A stretch of 33,941 bases of DNA from Planctomycetota bacterium (GCA_039818905.1 JBCBTA010000001.1:1-33941); one strand, 5' to 3'; shown: positions 23,363-33,385, counted from the first letter of the stretch. Program-made: numbers and translations. Notes: generated from the letters alone by a model not told the origin.

Positions 23363-24238
23363 TCATCCGCCGAGCATAGCAGCGAAGACTCCACTGAACG
23401 GAGACGTGTTCCGCAGCGCCAAACGTGCAAGGCCGATCGTCGCAGCAACCCACCCCGCTGCGAGAACCACCAGCACCACCTTCGCCAGCCGCGGTGAGAC
23501 CTTGAAGAACCCCAGCATCAATGCGCTCGCCAGCAGTCCTTGCAGCGCGTGCAGACCCGCGAAGTGCGCAAGACGAAGGTCACCCCCTGTCAGCGACCAT
23601 CCGACGAAGGGAATGCGACGGTCTTCCGCCGCCTCCGGATCGGGATAGTGGGCCGGCTCACCGCCCAGCAGCAGTCCCACACCAGCGGCTCCGACCAGAC
23701 TCGTGATAGCACCGAGCACCGCCCCCCACTGCGCGATTCGAATCGCCGGATGGGATGAGCGACTGACGGCCGCCGCGAGACCGATGGCAACTGGTGTCAG
23801 TGACAGCGCGACGGCCGCAATCCCCATCGCCGCGTACATCGCGCTGCCGAAGGCACTGTCGCCGTTGTAGTGCGATCGCTCGCCACGCCCGGCCTGCAGC
23901 GTAATCCAGGCGATCTCGAAGACGCTCGTCGCAACCGCGACCCATACCACGCCGCGCCCCCACCGGCCGAAGCGAAACTGCTCGCCGGCCAGCGGCATCA
24001 TGCACGCGAGCGTGCCGAGGAACACGCCGACCGAGACCTGGAACTTCAGTGGCTTGTGCCAGACGTTCACGCCGTCGAGCAGCCGTTGATCGAGAAACGA
24101 CAGCGCAAGCGTGATCGGTGCACATGCAAGAAACAGCAGGGCCGTGGCAAGAAGCGTGCGATCCGCACCGCGAGCAAGCCATCGGGGCAACCCCGATGGT
24201 GCGGCGAGATCGTCCGAATGTGCCCTCTCCGATCGCAT
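23363..24238 (-). CDS. Integral membrane protein of unknown function
   Basis: Multiple hydrophobic spans (LLATALLFLACAPITLAL, VGVFLGTLACMM, VVWVAVATSVFEIAWI, AMYAAMGIAAVALSL, WGAVLGAITSLVGAAGVGLLL, VVLVVLAAGWVAATIGLA). The start is uncertain. The track start at 24394 adds an Arg-rich, non-membrane leader. Confidence 0.6.
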   Translation of the reverse strand: MRSERAHSDDLAAPSGLPRWLARGADRTLLATALLFLACAPITLALSFLDQRLLDGVNVWHKPLKFQVSVGVFLGTLACMMPLAGEQFRFGRWGRGVVWVAVATSVFEIAWITLQAGRGERSHYNGDSAFGSAMYAAMGIAAVALSLTPVAIGLAAAVSRSSHPAIRIAQWGAVLGAITSLVGAAGVGLLLGGEPAHYPDPEAAEDRRIPFVGWSLTGGDLRLAHFAGLHALQGLLASALMLGFFKVSPRLAKVVLVVLAAGWVAATIGLARLALRNTSPFSGVFAAMLGG

Positions 24239-24432
24239 CGCGGACGGTTTCGCGACACGAGAACTGCCGGATGCGGCCCTGCGGGGCATCGCGACACGCG
24301 AGATTTTTCTCCAGATCGATGTCGGTCCGCCGGATCGCCCGCCGTGTACGAGGTCTGGGGCAACGCGCCGATGACCGGCCGCCGCGCAGGGCATCGGCAG
24401 AAGTATGTAGCGGCGAGGAGAGGAACAAACGC

Positions 24433-25044
24433 ATGACCAACCGACACCTGATCAGCGCAGCAACCCTGACAGCCGCGGCACTGTGCTCCACTGCCGACGC
24501 AGCCATCCTCCGAACCTTTGATCTCGGCCCACTGGGTCCGATCGGCTCACCGAGCCTCAACCAGCAGGACATCCTCCCACCCACGGTGGGCATCGCCGGC
24601 GAGGCGGTGGACCGTGTTGAGGTGCAGTTCGCCGAGGGCCATGCGCTGCGGGTGACACAGGCCAACGCCGGCTCGACCTCCGTGGGCCCCGGGGTCTTCG
24701 AGAACTTCGGCGGCAATCCTGCCGGCGGGAACTGGGTCGCCGACATCACCTGGGGCATCCTCGATGCCGACGGCAACACCATCGCGAGCGAGACGCGGCT
24801 CGACAAGACGATCTCGAGCGCCAGCATGAGCTTCGGGTTCATGTCGGTCCCCGCCGACGTTCCCAGCGGAACCGAGGTCTACGGCCTCTTCTTCGAGTTC
24901 GAGAACGCGGACTTCGCCGTCTTCCCCGGCCATCCACGCGTGGGCGTGGGCTTCGTTGGCGCGTTGGAAATCGTTCCGGCGCCTGGCGCCGCGGCACTCC
25001 TCGGGCTCGCGGGCCTCTGCGCGATCCGTCGCCAGCGACGCTGA
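24433..25044 (+). CDS. Secreted protein with PEP-CTERM-like sorting tail
   Basis: RBS GAGGAGAGG. Signal peptide ISAATLTAAALCSTADA. The C-terminus is IVPAPGAAALLGLAGLCAIRRQRR. Confidence 0.8.
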   Translation: MTNRHLISAATLTAAALCSTADAAILRTFDLGPLGPIGSPSLNQQDILPPTVGIAGEAVDRVEVQFAEGHALRVTQANAGSTSVGPGVFENFGGNPAGGNWVADITWGILDADGNTIASETRLDKTISSASMSFGFMSVPADVPSGTEVYGLFFEFENADFAVFPGHPRVGVGFVGALEIVPAPGAAALLGLAGLCAIRRQRR

Positions 25045-25178
25045 GGCAGCCGGGTCACAGTCCACGTCCGGCTCCCCACCGAACTCCGCCCACGCGGAGC
25101 GTGTTCTCATGGACGTACTCCTCGCGGAACGTCGGAGCGCCATCCGGCGCTCGAAGTCCCGCCGATATACTGCGCGCC

Positions 25179-25970
25179 ATGCAGATCATGGAACACCATC
25201 AACGCGCGATCGATCGCCTCGCGGACGCGTACCGCGATGATCCCGACTATCGCGCGCTGATCATCGGTGGATCCATCGCCAAGGGCTTTGCCCGCCCGGA
25301 CTCGGATGTCGATTTCCTGATCGTCGCGACAGATGACGTCTTCCAGCGCCGACGCGCGGCACGCGATCTGTTCATCAACCGTACAGACCTTTGTGAGTAC
25401 GACGGCGGCTACGTCGATGGCAAGATCATCAGCCTCGACTTCCTCACCCAACTCGCCGAGCGAGGCAATGAGCCGTCCCGGGCTGCGCTCGAAGGTGCGT
25501 TCGCAGCGTACTCGCATGTGCCTGATATCGACGCACTGCTGCAGCGCATCCCGGTATATCCGGCCGCGGGTCATGATGAACGCATCACCGCGTTCTACAG
25601 CATGGCGTTCATCCAGCACTGGCTCATGCATGAGGCCGAGCGCCACGGGAATCGCTACGTGATCGCGCGGGCGGCGAGTCAGCTGGTGCTGTTCACCGGG
25701 CGCCTGATCCTCGCGCACAACCGCACGCTCTTCCCCTTCCACAAGTGGCTGCTCGCGACGCTGGACAGGGTGCCGGACAGACCCGCCGGGCTCATGGGCG
25801 CGATCGACGACCTGCTGGCCCGGCCCTGCGGCGACCATGCCGCTGCGCTCTTCGATCAGGTCCGAACGTTCCACGACTGGGGCGTCAGCGACCTCGATGC
25901 CTACACCTGGTTCATGACCGACGTCGAGTGGAGTTGGATGTCCGACTCCACGCCTCTGGAAGACCTGTAG
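25179..25970 (+). CDS. Nucleotidyltransferase-domain protein (KNTase-like: pol-beta NTase fold + helical C-domain)
   Basis: IIGGSIAKGFARPDSDVDFLIV matches the GS-x(9-10)-DxD NTase signature. The C-terminal half looks helical. The start (ATG 25179 or 25188) is uncertain. Confidence 0.65.
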   Translation: MQIMEHHQRAIDRLADAYRDDPDYRALIIGGSIAKGFARPDSDVDFLIVATDDVFQRRRAARDLFINRTDLCEYDGGYVDGKIISLDFLTQLAERGNEPSRAALEGAFAAYSHVPDIDALLQRIPVYPAAGHDERITAFYSMAFIQHWLMHEAERHGNRYVIARAASQLVLFTGRLILAHNRTLFPFHKWLLATLDRVPDRPAGLMGAIDDLLARPCGDHAAALFDQVRTFHDWGVSDLDAYTWFMTDVEWSWMSDSTPLEDL

Positions 25971-25991
25971 ACCTTCGGTCCAGGACGAATG

Positions 25992-26339
25992 TCAGCTCTG
26001 CTCGGCGATGAATGCGCGAAGCGCGGTCTGCAGTTCGGCCAGCCGCGACTCCATTTGCTCGCGGGCCGGGCCCGCATCCCCGAGCGAAGCCTCGCGTCCC
26101 ATGACCTCGAGCTTCCGGGCGGCTTCCTGCGCCGGCGGCGCACAGAAGTTTCCGAGCATGCCCTTGAGCGTGTGCGCGGCGTGAGTCAGACCCGGAGCAT
26201 CGTCCGCCTTGATGGCAGTGTCGATCTCGTTCAGCAGGCCGGGAGACTCCTCCTCCAGCATCTCCACGGTCTCGATGAGGAACTCGACGTCGTTGTCCAC
26301 GCGGTCGAGCAGTTCCGCGCGATCAAAGGGTTCACTCAT
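25992..26339 (-). CDS. Single-domain Hpt (histidine phosphotransfer) protein
   Basis: 115 aa with the phospho-His motif AAHTLKGMLGNF. RBS GGAGAAG lies upstream of ATG 26339. The longer track ORF (to 26660) is not supported. Confidence 0.75.
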   Translation of the reverse strand: MSEPFDRAELLDRVDNDVEFLIETVEMLEEESPGLLNEIDTAIKADDAPGLTHAAHTLKGMLGNFCAPPAQEAARKLEVMGREASLGDAGPAREQMESRLAELQTALRAFIAEQS

Positions 26340-26448
26340 GGTCTTCTCCGTTGCATCGCCGACTGGACGGGTCGTCATGGTACCACTGCCGCGGCATCCG
26401 AAGATGGCGGGCTTGTTCTCTTCCCGATCGCACACGACAATCCGGCCC

Positions 26449-27642
26449 ATGACACCGAAGCTGCTCGAGCAGGAGCTCATCCGACGTGCGCCGGCCGACG
26501 GCGCGAGACTCCTCGCGAATGTCACGGACGAGGTCGCCGCGGAAGCGCTCGTCTCGCTCAACCCGGCACTCTCAACCAAGATCATCTCGAAGCTGCCGAA
26601 GCAGCGACAGGAGAAGATCATCCCGTCGGTCCCGAAGAGCTCGCAGCAGTGGGATCTCAATCAGACGTTCCCGGAGAACACCGTTGGCCGCCTCATGGAG
26701 CCGCCGATTGCCGTGTTCCGCGGCGAGTACATCGTTGCGGATGTCATCGAGATGCTGCGCGAGGTGTCCAAGCATGTCCTGATCACCTACGCATACGTCG
26801 CCGATGAGAATCAGCGGCTGCAGGGCGCGCTCACCATGCGCGACCTGCTGCTCTCACCGCGTGAAGCACGGCTCGACCAGATCATGCTGCCGCAGCCCTT
26901 TGCATTCAGCCCGGATATGACCATCTCCGATGCTGCCAAGGAGGCCGTTATCCGGCACTATCCGGTGTACCCGGTGTGCGACGAGCAGAACACCATCGTC
27001 GGGCTGGTCCGTGGCTACCGCCTCTTCGAAGCGCAGGCGTACAACCTGACGGCCCAGGCCGGAAAGATGGTCGGTATCGAGAAGGAGGAGCGCGTCACGA
27101 CAGTCTGGTGGCGCAGCCTGCTGTTCCGCCACCCGTGGCTGCAGCTCAACCTTGTGACCGCATTCGTCGCAGCGTTCGTCGTGGGTCTCTTCGAAGGGAC
27201 GATCGAGAAGGTCGTCGCACTGGCCGTCTTCCTCCCGGTGATGGCCGGGCAGTCCGGCAACACCGGCTGCCAGGCGCTCGCCGTGACGTTGCGCGGCATG
27301 ACGCTCGGCGACCTCAAACCAGGCGGCAGCAAACGGCAGGCGATGAAGGAAGCGCTGCTGGGCCTGCTGAACGGCGCGCTCGTCTCCATCTCCGCATCGG
27401 TCGCGATGTACATCTACGCATCGATCAAGGGGGAGGAGCATCCCTTCCGCCTGAGCTTCGTGGTCTTCGTCGCCCTCACAGCCAGCTGCGTCGTCAGCGG
27501 TATCGCGGGCACCATGATCCCCGTCATCCTCAAGCGACTTGGGGCCGACCCGGCGACTGCATCCAGCATCTTCCTGACCACCGCGACGGATGTCGCCTCC
27601 ATGGGCATCTTCCTGCTGCTGGCGACCGTCCTGCTGCTGTGA
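26449..27642 (+). CDS. mgtE: Magnesium transporter MgtE (short N-domain)
   Basis: CBS pair region (VGRLMEPP...YPVYPVCDEQNTIVGLV) and TM-domain motifs FLPVMAGQSGNTGCQALAVTLRG and FLTTATDVASMG. The start is uncertain (26449, 26404 or 26377). Confidence 0.85.
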   Translation: MTPKLLEQELIRRAPADGARLLANVTDEVAAEALVSLNPALSTKIISKLPKQRQEKIIPSVPKSSQQWDLNQTFPENTVGRLMEPPIAVFRGEYIVADVIEMLREVSKHVLITYAYVADENQRLQGALTMRDLLLSPREARLDQIMLPQPFAFSPDMTISDAAKEAVIRHYPVYPVCDEQNTIVGLVRGYRLFEAQAYNLTAQAGKMVGIEKEERVTTVWWRSLLFRHPWLQLNLVTAFVAAFVVGLFEGTIEKVVALAVFLPVMAGQSGNTGCQALAVTLRGMTLGDLKPGGSKRQAMKEALLGLLNGALVSISASVAMYIYASIKGEEHPFRLSFVVFVALTASCVVSGIAGTMIPVILKRLGADPATASSIFLTTATDVASMGIFLLLATVLLL

Positions 27643-27781
27643 TCTGACCACATCCCCGCATCGACGACCGTCGCCTGTGCGAAGACAGCGGCACTCGCTC
27701 TCGCGGGGGATGTATGTTTGTATTTTGATAGGTTTTTCGTCACCCCCTTTCTCCTGGACACGCCTGCATTCACTTGATATG

Positions 27782-27795
27782 ATGATGATCATCAT
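27782..27795. promoter_or_regulatory. Perfect 14-bp palindrome ATGATGATCATCAT, candidate TetR operator
   Basis: Exact reverse-complement symmetry, 16 nt upstream of the tetR ATG, inside a locally AT-rich stretch of a GC-rich genome. Confidence 0.45.
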
Positions 27796-27810
27796 ATTGG
27801 AGTGCCAGTA

Positions 27811-28413
27811 ATGCCACGGACATCCACCGACACACGAACCCGAATCCTCGACGCAGCCGCGGCACGCTTCCGGACGCAGGGCTTTGCCGAGACCAGCGTC
27901 GCACAGGTCATGCGTGATGCCGGGCTGACGCATGGCGGCTTCTACGCCCACTTCCCGAGCAAGGACGACCTCTTTGCAGAGTCAGTACGACACGCAGCCA
28001 ACACCTCAGGCGACTGGCTTGAGCGACAGGTCGAGCATCTCGAGGGCGAAGCCTGGATCAACGCCTGGGTGGACATGTACATGAGTGATGCGCACTGCGC
28101 CCACGCCGGGCAGGGATGTCCGCTCCCCTCACTGACATCGGAAGTCACCCGCGCGACGTCCGCCGCGCACGACGCATTCGGCCACGCGGTGCAGCGACGG
28201 CTCGATCGCATCATCGACCACCTCCCCTTCGACCCACCCACCGCCAGACGCATCGCCCTCATGGCGTACGCCCAGATGGCGGGCGCGATGATGCTCGCGC
28301 GCAGTCTGGACCCGCACACGTCCGCCGAGCTTCGGCAGGATGTCGCCGCGGCGACCAAAGCGCTGCTTCTGGGTCGCCCGGCATCCACACGCAGCGATGG
28401 AGCGCAGTCATGA
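27811..28413 (+). CDS. TetR/AcrR family transcriptional regulator
   Basis: TRTRILDAAAARFRTQGFAETSVAQVMRDAGLTHGGFYAHFPSKDDLF N-terminal HTH. GGAG lies 8 nt upstream of ATG 27811. Confidence 0.9.
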   Translation: MPRTSTDTRTRILDAAAARFRTQGFAETSVAQVMRDAGLTHGGFYAHFPSKDDLFAESVRHAANTSGDWLERQVEHLEGEAWINAWVDMYMSDAHCAHAGQGCPLPSLTSEVTRATSAAHDAFGHAVQRRLDRIIDHLPFDPPTARRIALMAYAQMAGAMMLARSLDPHTSAELRQDVAAATKALLLGRPASTRSDGAQS

Positions 28414-29546
28414 CCACACCGACCGGACCCTGGAAGCGCCGCGGCATGACGATCGGCGGTGTGCTGATCGTGATCAGCGCGGTCACCGCATTCGGCTTCG
28501 TCGTGCACTCGGTCCCTGCGGAGGAACGAAGCGGGCCTGGCGATGAGCCGCTGGTCGTCTCCACGCAGGTGGTTCTGTGGCAGGACGGCTACACCGTGCA
28601 GCGACAGTTCCTCGGGCGGCTCGAGGCCCGGCAGGAGAGCGACCTCGGGTTCGAGCTTGCCGGCAAGGTCGCCCGCGTCTTCGTCGAAGAAGGCCAGATC
28701 ATCGAGACGGGCGATGAGGTCGCGATGCTCGACAGCGATCGGCTGCAGGCACAGCGCGATGAGCTGATCGCGGCGCGCGACGAAGCCCAGGCCAGACTCA
28801 ATCTCGCTGATCTCACGCTCAATCGACTCCGCGAGGCGTTGGAACTCAACGCGACGAATCGGCGTGAGTTTGACGATGCCGAGCAGAATCGAGCCGCGGC
28901 AGCCGCGGCACTGCAGCGCGCGGACTCGGCGGTTGGCTCGATCGACATCGATATCAGCAAGATGACGATCCGCAGCCCGTTCGATGCGATCGTCGGCGCA
29001 CGATACGTGGACGCCGGCCGTGTGCTCGCACCCGGCACGCCCGTCGTCTCCCTCCTCGAACGCGGCAATCCGGAAGCACGCATCGGCATCGCCGGCTCAT
29101 CGGTAGACGTGGTGTCCATCGGACAGACGGTGTCCGTTGATGTCGGTGGCAGCGACGTCGTCGGCACTGTCACGTCCATCCTCCCAACGCGCGATCGTGC
29201 GGGGCGAGCCGTCGATGTCATCGTGCGTCTGAATGCGGAGCTGACGTCCTTTCGCCGCGGCGACCTCGCGCGGCTGGAAGTCGAGCGCGATGTTGACAGC
29301 CGCGGCTTCTGGGTTCCGATGCAGGCCCTCACGGAGGGCACACGCGGTCTGTGGTCCCTGTATGCCCTGAGCGACGATGTGCAGCCGCGACTTCTGCAGT
29401 CGGATGTCGAGTTGCTGCATGTCGAGGCGGACCGGGCATTCGTCCGCGGCGCGCTTGTCGATGGGCAGCGGTTCGTGTCCACCGGGCTGCACCGCGTGGT
29501 GCCGGGCATGACCATCCGACGCGACGATGCGGAGATCGCTGAATGA
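28410..29546 (+). CDS. Efflux RND periplasmic adaptor (membrane fusion protein)
   Basis: N-terminal TM anchor GGVLIVISAVTAFGFVV, a coiled-coil hairpin (LQAQRDELIAARDEAQARLNLADLTLNRL) and IRSPFDAIVGARYVDAG. ATGA overlap with the tetR stop. Confidence 0.85.
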   Translation: MTTPTGPWKRRGMTIGGVLIVISAVTAFGFVVHSVPAEERSGPGDEPLVVSTQVVLWQDGYTVQRQFLGRLEARQESDLGFELAGKVARVFVEEGQIIETGDEVAMLDSDRLQAQRDELIAARDEAQARLNLADLTLNRLREALELNATNRREFDDAEQNRAAAAAALQRADSAVGSIDIDISKMTIRSPFDAIVGARYVDAGRVLAPGTPVVSLLERGNPEARIGIAGSSVDVVSIGQTVSVDVGGSDVVGTVTSILPTRDRAGRAVDVIVRLNAELTSFRRGDLARLEVERDVDSRGFWVPMQALTEGTRGLWSLYALSDDVQPRLLQSDVELLHVEADRAFVRGALVDGQRFVSTGLHRVVPGMTIRRDDAEIAE

Positions 29547-32500
29547 GCCAGCACGACGGCCAGCATCACGGGCTGAGCACGCTGTTCTTCCGGAACCGAC
29601 ATCTGCTGTGGCTCACCATCGCAGCGATTCTCATCGGCGGAGTCTGGGGCGGGCTGTCACTGCCTCGGTTGGAGGATCCGCGGATCACCAACCGCGGCCC
29701 GCTGGTCATCACGCCCGTGCCCGGTGCCTCGGCCCAGCGCGTTGAGGCGCTCGTCACCGAGGTGCTGGAGGATGCGCTCGACGAGATCGACGCCATCAAG
29801 GACCTCGACTCGACATCCAAGGCGGGCGTCTCCGTTGTCTCGATCGAGCTTGCCCCGGAAGTCACCTCCGAGAACAATCAGCAGCTCTTCGCCGAAATCC
29901 GGGACAAGATCGGCGAGGCACAACGCCTGCTTCCCGAGGAGGTCGGCGAACCGTTCGTGGACGACAAGCGCGACCCGGCGGCCTTCACACTCATCCTCGG
30001 CGTTACGTGGGATGCCGACGCAACACCGATCGTCGGCATGCTCAATCGCGTGGCCGAAGATCTCGCCGACGAGCTGCGCAACCTCAACGGGACGGAACTG
30101 GTCCGGATCTACGGCGCACCCGAGGAGGAAATCACGATCCGGGTCGATCCCGATGAGCTTGCGGAACTCGGCCTCTCCCCCGACCGGCTTGCCCAGATCA
30201 TCGCCGGCTCGGACGCCAAGCGACCCGGCGGCGCGCTGCGCACCGAGACGTCGGACGTCCTGATCGAGGTTGAAGGAGAACTGGAGACCCTCGGACGCAT
30301 CAAGGCCGTCACCATCGCCTCGGGCCAGGGCGATTCGATGCTCACCGTGGGCGACATCGCCACCGTCGATCGTGGCTGGCGCACGCCTGAGGAGGCGATC
30401 GCCATCGTTGAAGGGCGTCGATCGGTGCTTGTCGCCGCCCGGGTTGACAGCGGTGTCCGCGTCGATGTCTGGGCGAGGGACGTCAATGCGGCATTGAGTC
30501 GTTTCGAAGCAAGCCGTGCTCCCGGAATCGGCATCGAGCGCGTCTTTGAGCAGGCCTCCTACACCTCGGAGCGACTGCGCGTCCTCATTGAGAACCTGCT
30601 CGCCGGCGCGATGGTGATCCTGGCCGCGGTCTTCGTGATCATGGGCTTTCGACCGGCGGTCATCGTGGCCATCGCCCTGCCGCTCGTCGTGGCGCTTGTC
30701 ATCGTCGGATGGCAGGTCACCGGGGCCGCGATCCACCAGATGTCGATCTTTGGTCTGATCATCGCGCTGGGGCTGCTCATCGACAACGCGATCGTCATGA
30801 CCGACGAAGTCACTTCGGCAAAGGCGCAGGGCAAGAGCGCGCTCGAAGCCGTCGGCAGCTCGGTGCACCACCTCGCGGTTCCCCTGCTCGCCTCGACCAT
30901 CACGACGGTGCTGGCCTTCGCGCCGATCATGCTGCTGCCAGGCAGCGCCGGCGACTTCGTTGGCTCGATCGGCTCGAGCGTCGTGCTCGCGATCATCGCA
31001 TCCTTCGGGATCGCCCTGAGCATCACCGCCGCGCTCGCGGGTCTCTTTACCAGGCCGACGCCGAAGGATGCCCCCCGCCGCTGGTACCGCGATGGCCTTG
31101 CCCCCCGCTGGCTCGCCGTCCTGTCGCGCCGCGCGCTGGGCAGGCTCATGGTCGTCCCGGTTGTCCCAATGGCCATTGCCGCCGCGGCTCCGGTCGCGGG
31201 GTTCGTCATCGCGCCGACGCTGGGCAACCAGTTCTTCCCGCCAGTCGATCGAAACATGTTTGAGCTGCGGGTGTGGATGCCAAGTGATGCCTCGATTGCC
31301 GCGACACGCCGGACGACCATCGAGATCGAAGAGGATCTCCGTTCACTTGGCGGCGTCGAAGGTGTCTCATGGCTGGTCGGCGGCAGCTTCCCGATGGTGT
31401 ACTACAACCTGATCATGAATCAGGACCGCTCGCCCAACTACGCGCATGCGGTCATCACGACATCATCCGCCGCGCGGACCAAGACGCTCCTTGACGAAGC
31501 ACAGGCCTTCCTCGATGAGCGGCACCCGGGCGCCCAGATCGTTGTGCGGCAGTTCGCCCAGGGACCACCCGTCGTTGCGGACATCGAATACCGCATCTTC
31601 GGCCCGAGTGTCGAGACGCTGCAGCAGCTTGGCGATCAGTACCGCATCGCGCTTCAGCAGCACCCCGACGTCATCCATACGCAGGCAACCATGCCACGCG
31701 GCGAGCCAAAGCTCTTCTTCCAGGCTGACGAGAGCGAAGCACGAATCAGTGGCATCTCGCTGACCACGCTCGCGACCCAGCTCGAGGCGTCCATCGACGG
31801 AGCCGTGGGCGGCAGCATCATCGAGGATCTGGAGCGACTGCCCGTCCGCGTGCGCTTTCCCGATGCGCATCGAAATGACCTCTCCTCCATCACGTCAACG
31901 GTCTTCGTTGACCCGCAGCTGGACCGCTGGCTCAGCGCCGCAGCGCTCGGTGACTTCACACTGCGTCCTGAGATCGGGGGCATCACCCGCTTCAACGGCG
32001 AACGTACCAACACCATCAAGGCGTACCTGCGCAACGAGTCACTCCCGATCGATGTCAGTGCCGAGATCCTGGCGACCATGGAGGCGGGCGGCTTTGCCCT
32101 GCCGGCCGGCTATCGCATCGAACTGGGCGGAGCCCAGGAGCAGGATGGCGAAGCGACCTCCAACCTCGCACAGTTCGCGCCCCTGCTCGTGATCATGATG
32201 GTCGCCACGCTGGTCCTCGCGTTCCGCAGCGTGACCTACGCCGCCATCCTCGGCTGCGTGGCCATCTTCTCGATGGGGCTCGCGCTGCTGTCCACGTGGT
32301 CCATTGGCTTCCCGATCAGCTTCAACACCATCCTCGGAACGCTCGGCCTCATCGGCGTCGCGCTCAATGACAGCATCGTCGTTCTCGCGGCCATCCGGGC
32401 CGATCCGCGAGCGGCGACCGGTGATCGCGAAGCAATCGTGGACGCGATCATGGGATGCACGCGCCACATCCTCGCAACGACATTCACCACCATCGGCGGA

Positions 32501-32683
32501 TTCCTGCCATTGCTGCTCTTCGTCGGCGGTGACTTCTGGCCGTCACTCGCCATCGTCCTTGTTGGCGGCATCGCCGGGGCGTCACTCGTTGCGCTGCTGT
32601 TCATCCCAGGTGCGTACATCCTGGTGACGCGCGCACCGACGGTGGCGACATCAGGCACAGCCACCCTCGCGACAGCACACTAA
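29543..32683 (+). CDS. Efflux RND transporter permease (AcrB/AcrD/AcrF family)
   Basis: 1046 aa with a 12-TM, two-large-loop layout. Motifs are GLLIDNAIVMTDE and GVALNDSIVVL. ATGA overlap with the adaptor stop. Confidence 0.9.
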   Translation: MSQHDGQHHGLSTLFFRNRHLLWLTIAAILIGGVWGGLSLPRLEDPRITNRGPLVITPVPGASAQRVEALVTEVLEDALDEIDAIKDLDSTSKAGVSVVSIELAPEVTSENNQQLFAEIRDKIGEAQRLLPEEVGEPFVDDKRDPAAFTLILGVTWDADATPIVGMLNRVAEDLADELRNLNGTELVRIYGAPEEEITIRVDPDELAELGLSPDRLAQIIAGSDAKRPGGALRTETSDVLIEVEGELETLGRIKAVTIASGQGDSMLTVGDIATVDRGWRTPEEAIAIVEGRRSVLVAARVDSGVRVDVWARDVNAALSRFEASRAPGIGIERVFEQASYTSERLRVLIENLLAGAMVILAAVFVIMGFRPAVIVAIALPLVVALVIVGWQVTGAAIHQMSIFGLIIALGLLIDNAIVMTDEVTSAKAQGKSALEAVGSSVHHLAVPLLASTITTVLAFAPIMLLPGSAGDFVGSIGSSVVLAIIASFGIALSITAALAGLFTRPTPKDAPRRWYRDGLAPRWLAVLSRRALGRLMVVPVVPMAIAAAAPVAGFVIAPTLGNQFFPPVDRNMFELRVWMPSDASIAATRRTTIEIEEDLRSLGGVEGVSWLVGGSFPMVYYNLIMNQDRSPNYAHAVITTSSAARTKTLLDEAQAFLDERHPGAQIVVRQFAQGPPVVADIEYRIFGPSVETLQQLGDQYRIALQQHPDVIHTQATMPRGEPKLFFQADESEARISGISLTTLATQLEASIDGAVGGSIIEDLERLPVRVRFPDAHRNDLSSITSTVFVDPQLDRWLSAAALGDFTLRPEIGGITRFNGERTNTIKAYLRNESLPIDVSAEILATMEAGGFALPAGYRIELGGAQEQDGEATSNLAQFAPLLVIMMVATLVLAFRSVTYAAILGCVAIFSMGLALLSTWSIGFPISFNTILGTLGLIGVALNDSIVVLAAIRADPRAATGDREAIVDAIMGCTRHILATTFTTIGGFLPLLLFVGGDFWPSLAIVLVGGIAGASLVALLFIPGAYILVTRAPTVATSGTATLATAH

Positions 32684-32689
32684 CTGTGC

Positions 32690-33385
<696 letters not shown>

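Noticed and set aside
23658-24842. 394-aa minus-strand ORF. The same applies to 10129-10869 (-), 14646-15452 (+), 21986-22828 (+), 25107-25874 (-), 26854-27951 (-), 28589-29602 (-) and 29657-30871 (-)
   Set aside because: These are shadow ORFs opposite well-supported genes (PEP-CTERM protein, PL6, oxidoreductase, M24 peptidase, NTase, MgtE, MFP, RND). Their translations are Arg/Gly/Asp-rich and lack any recognisable motif.
26340-26448. M-box (Mg) riboswitch upstream of mgtE
   Set aside because: The spacer is only ~109 nt and is shared with a divergent gene, which is too short for the roughly 170-nt M-box fold. I could find no conserved M-box helices.
27643-27781. Terminator or long hairpin after mgtE (CCCCGC...GCGGGG, then a T-rich run)
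   Set aside because: The stem is only 6 bp and encloses a loop of more than 40 nt, so it is not a credible intrinsic terminator.
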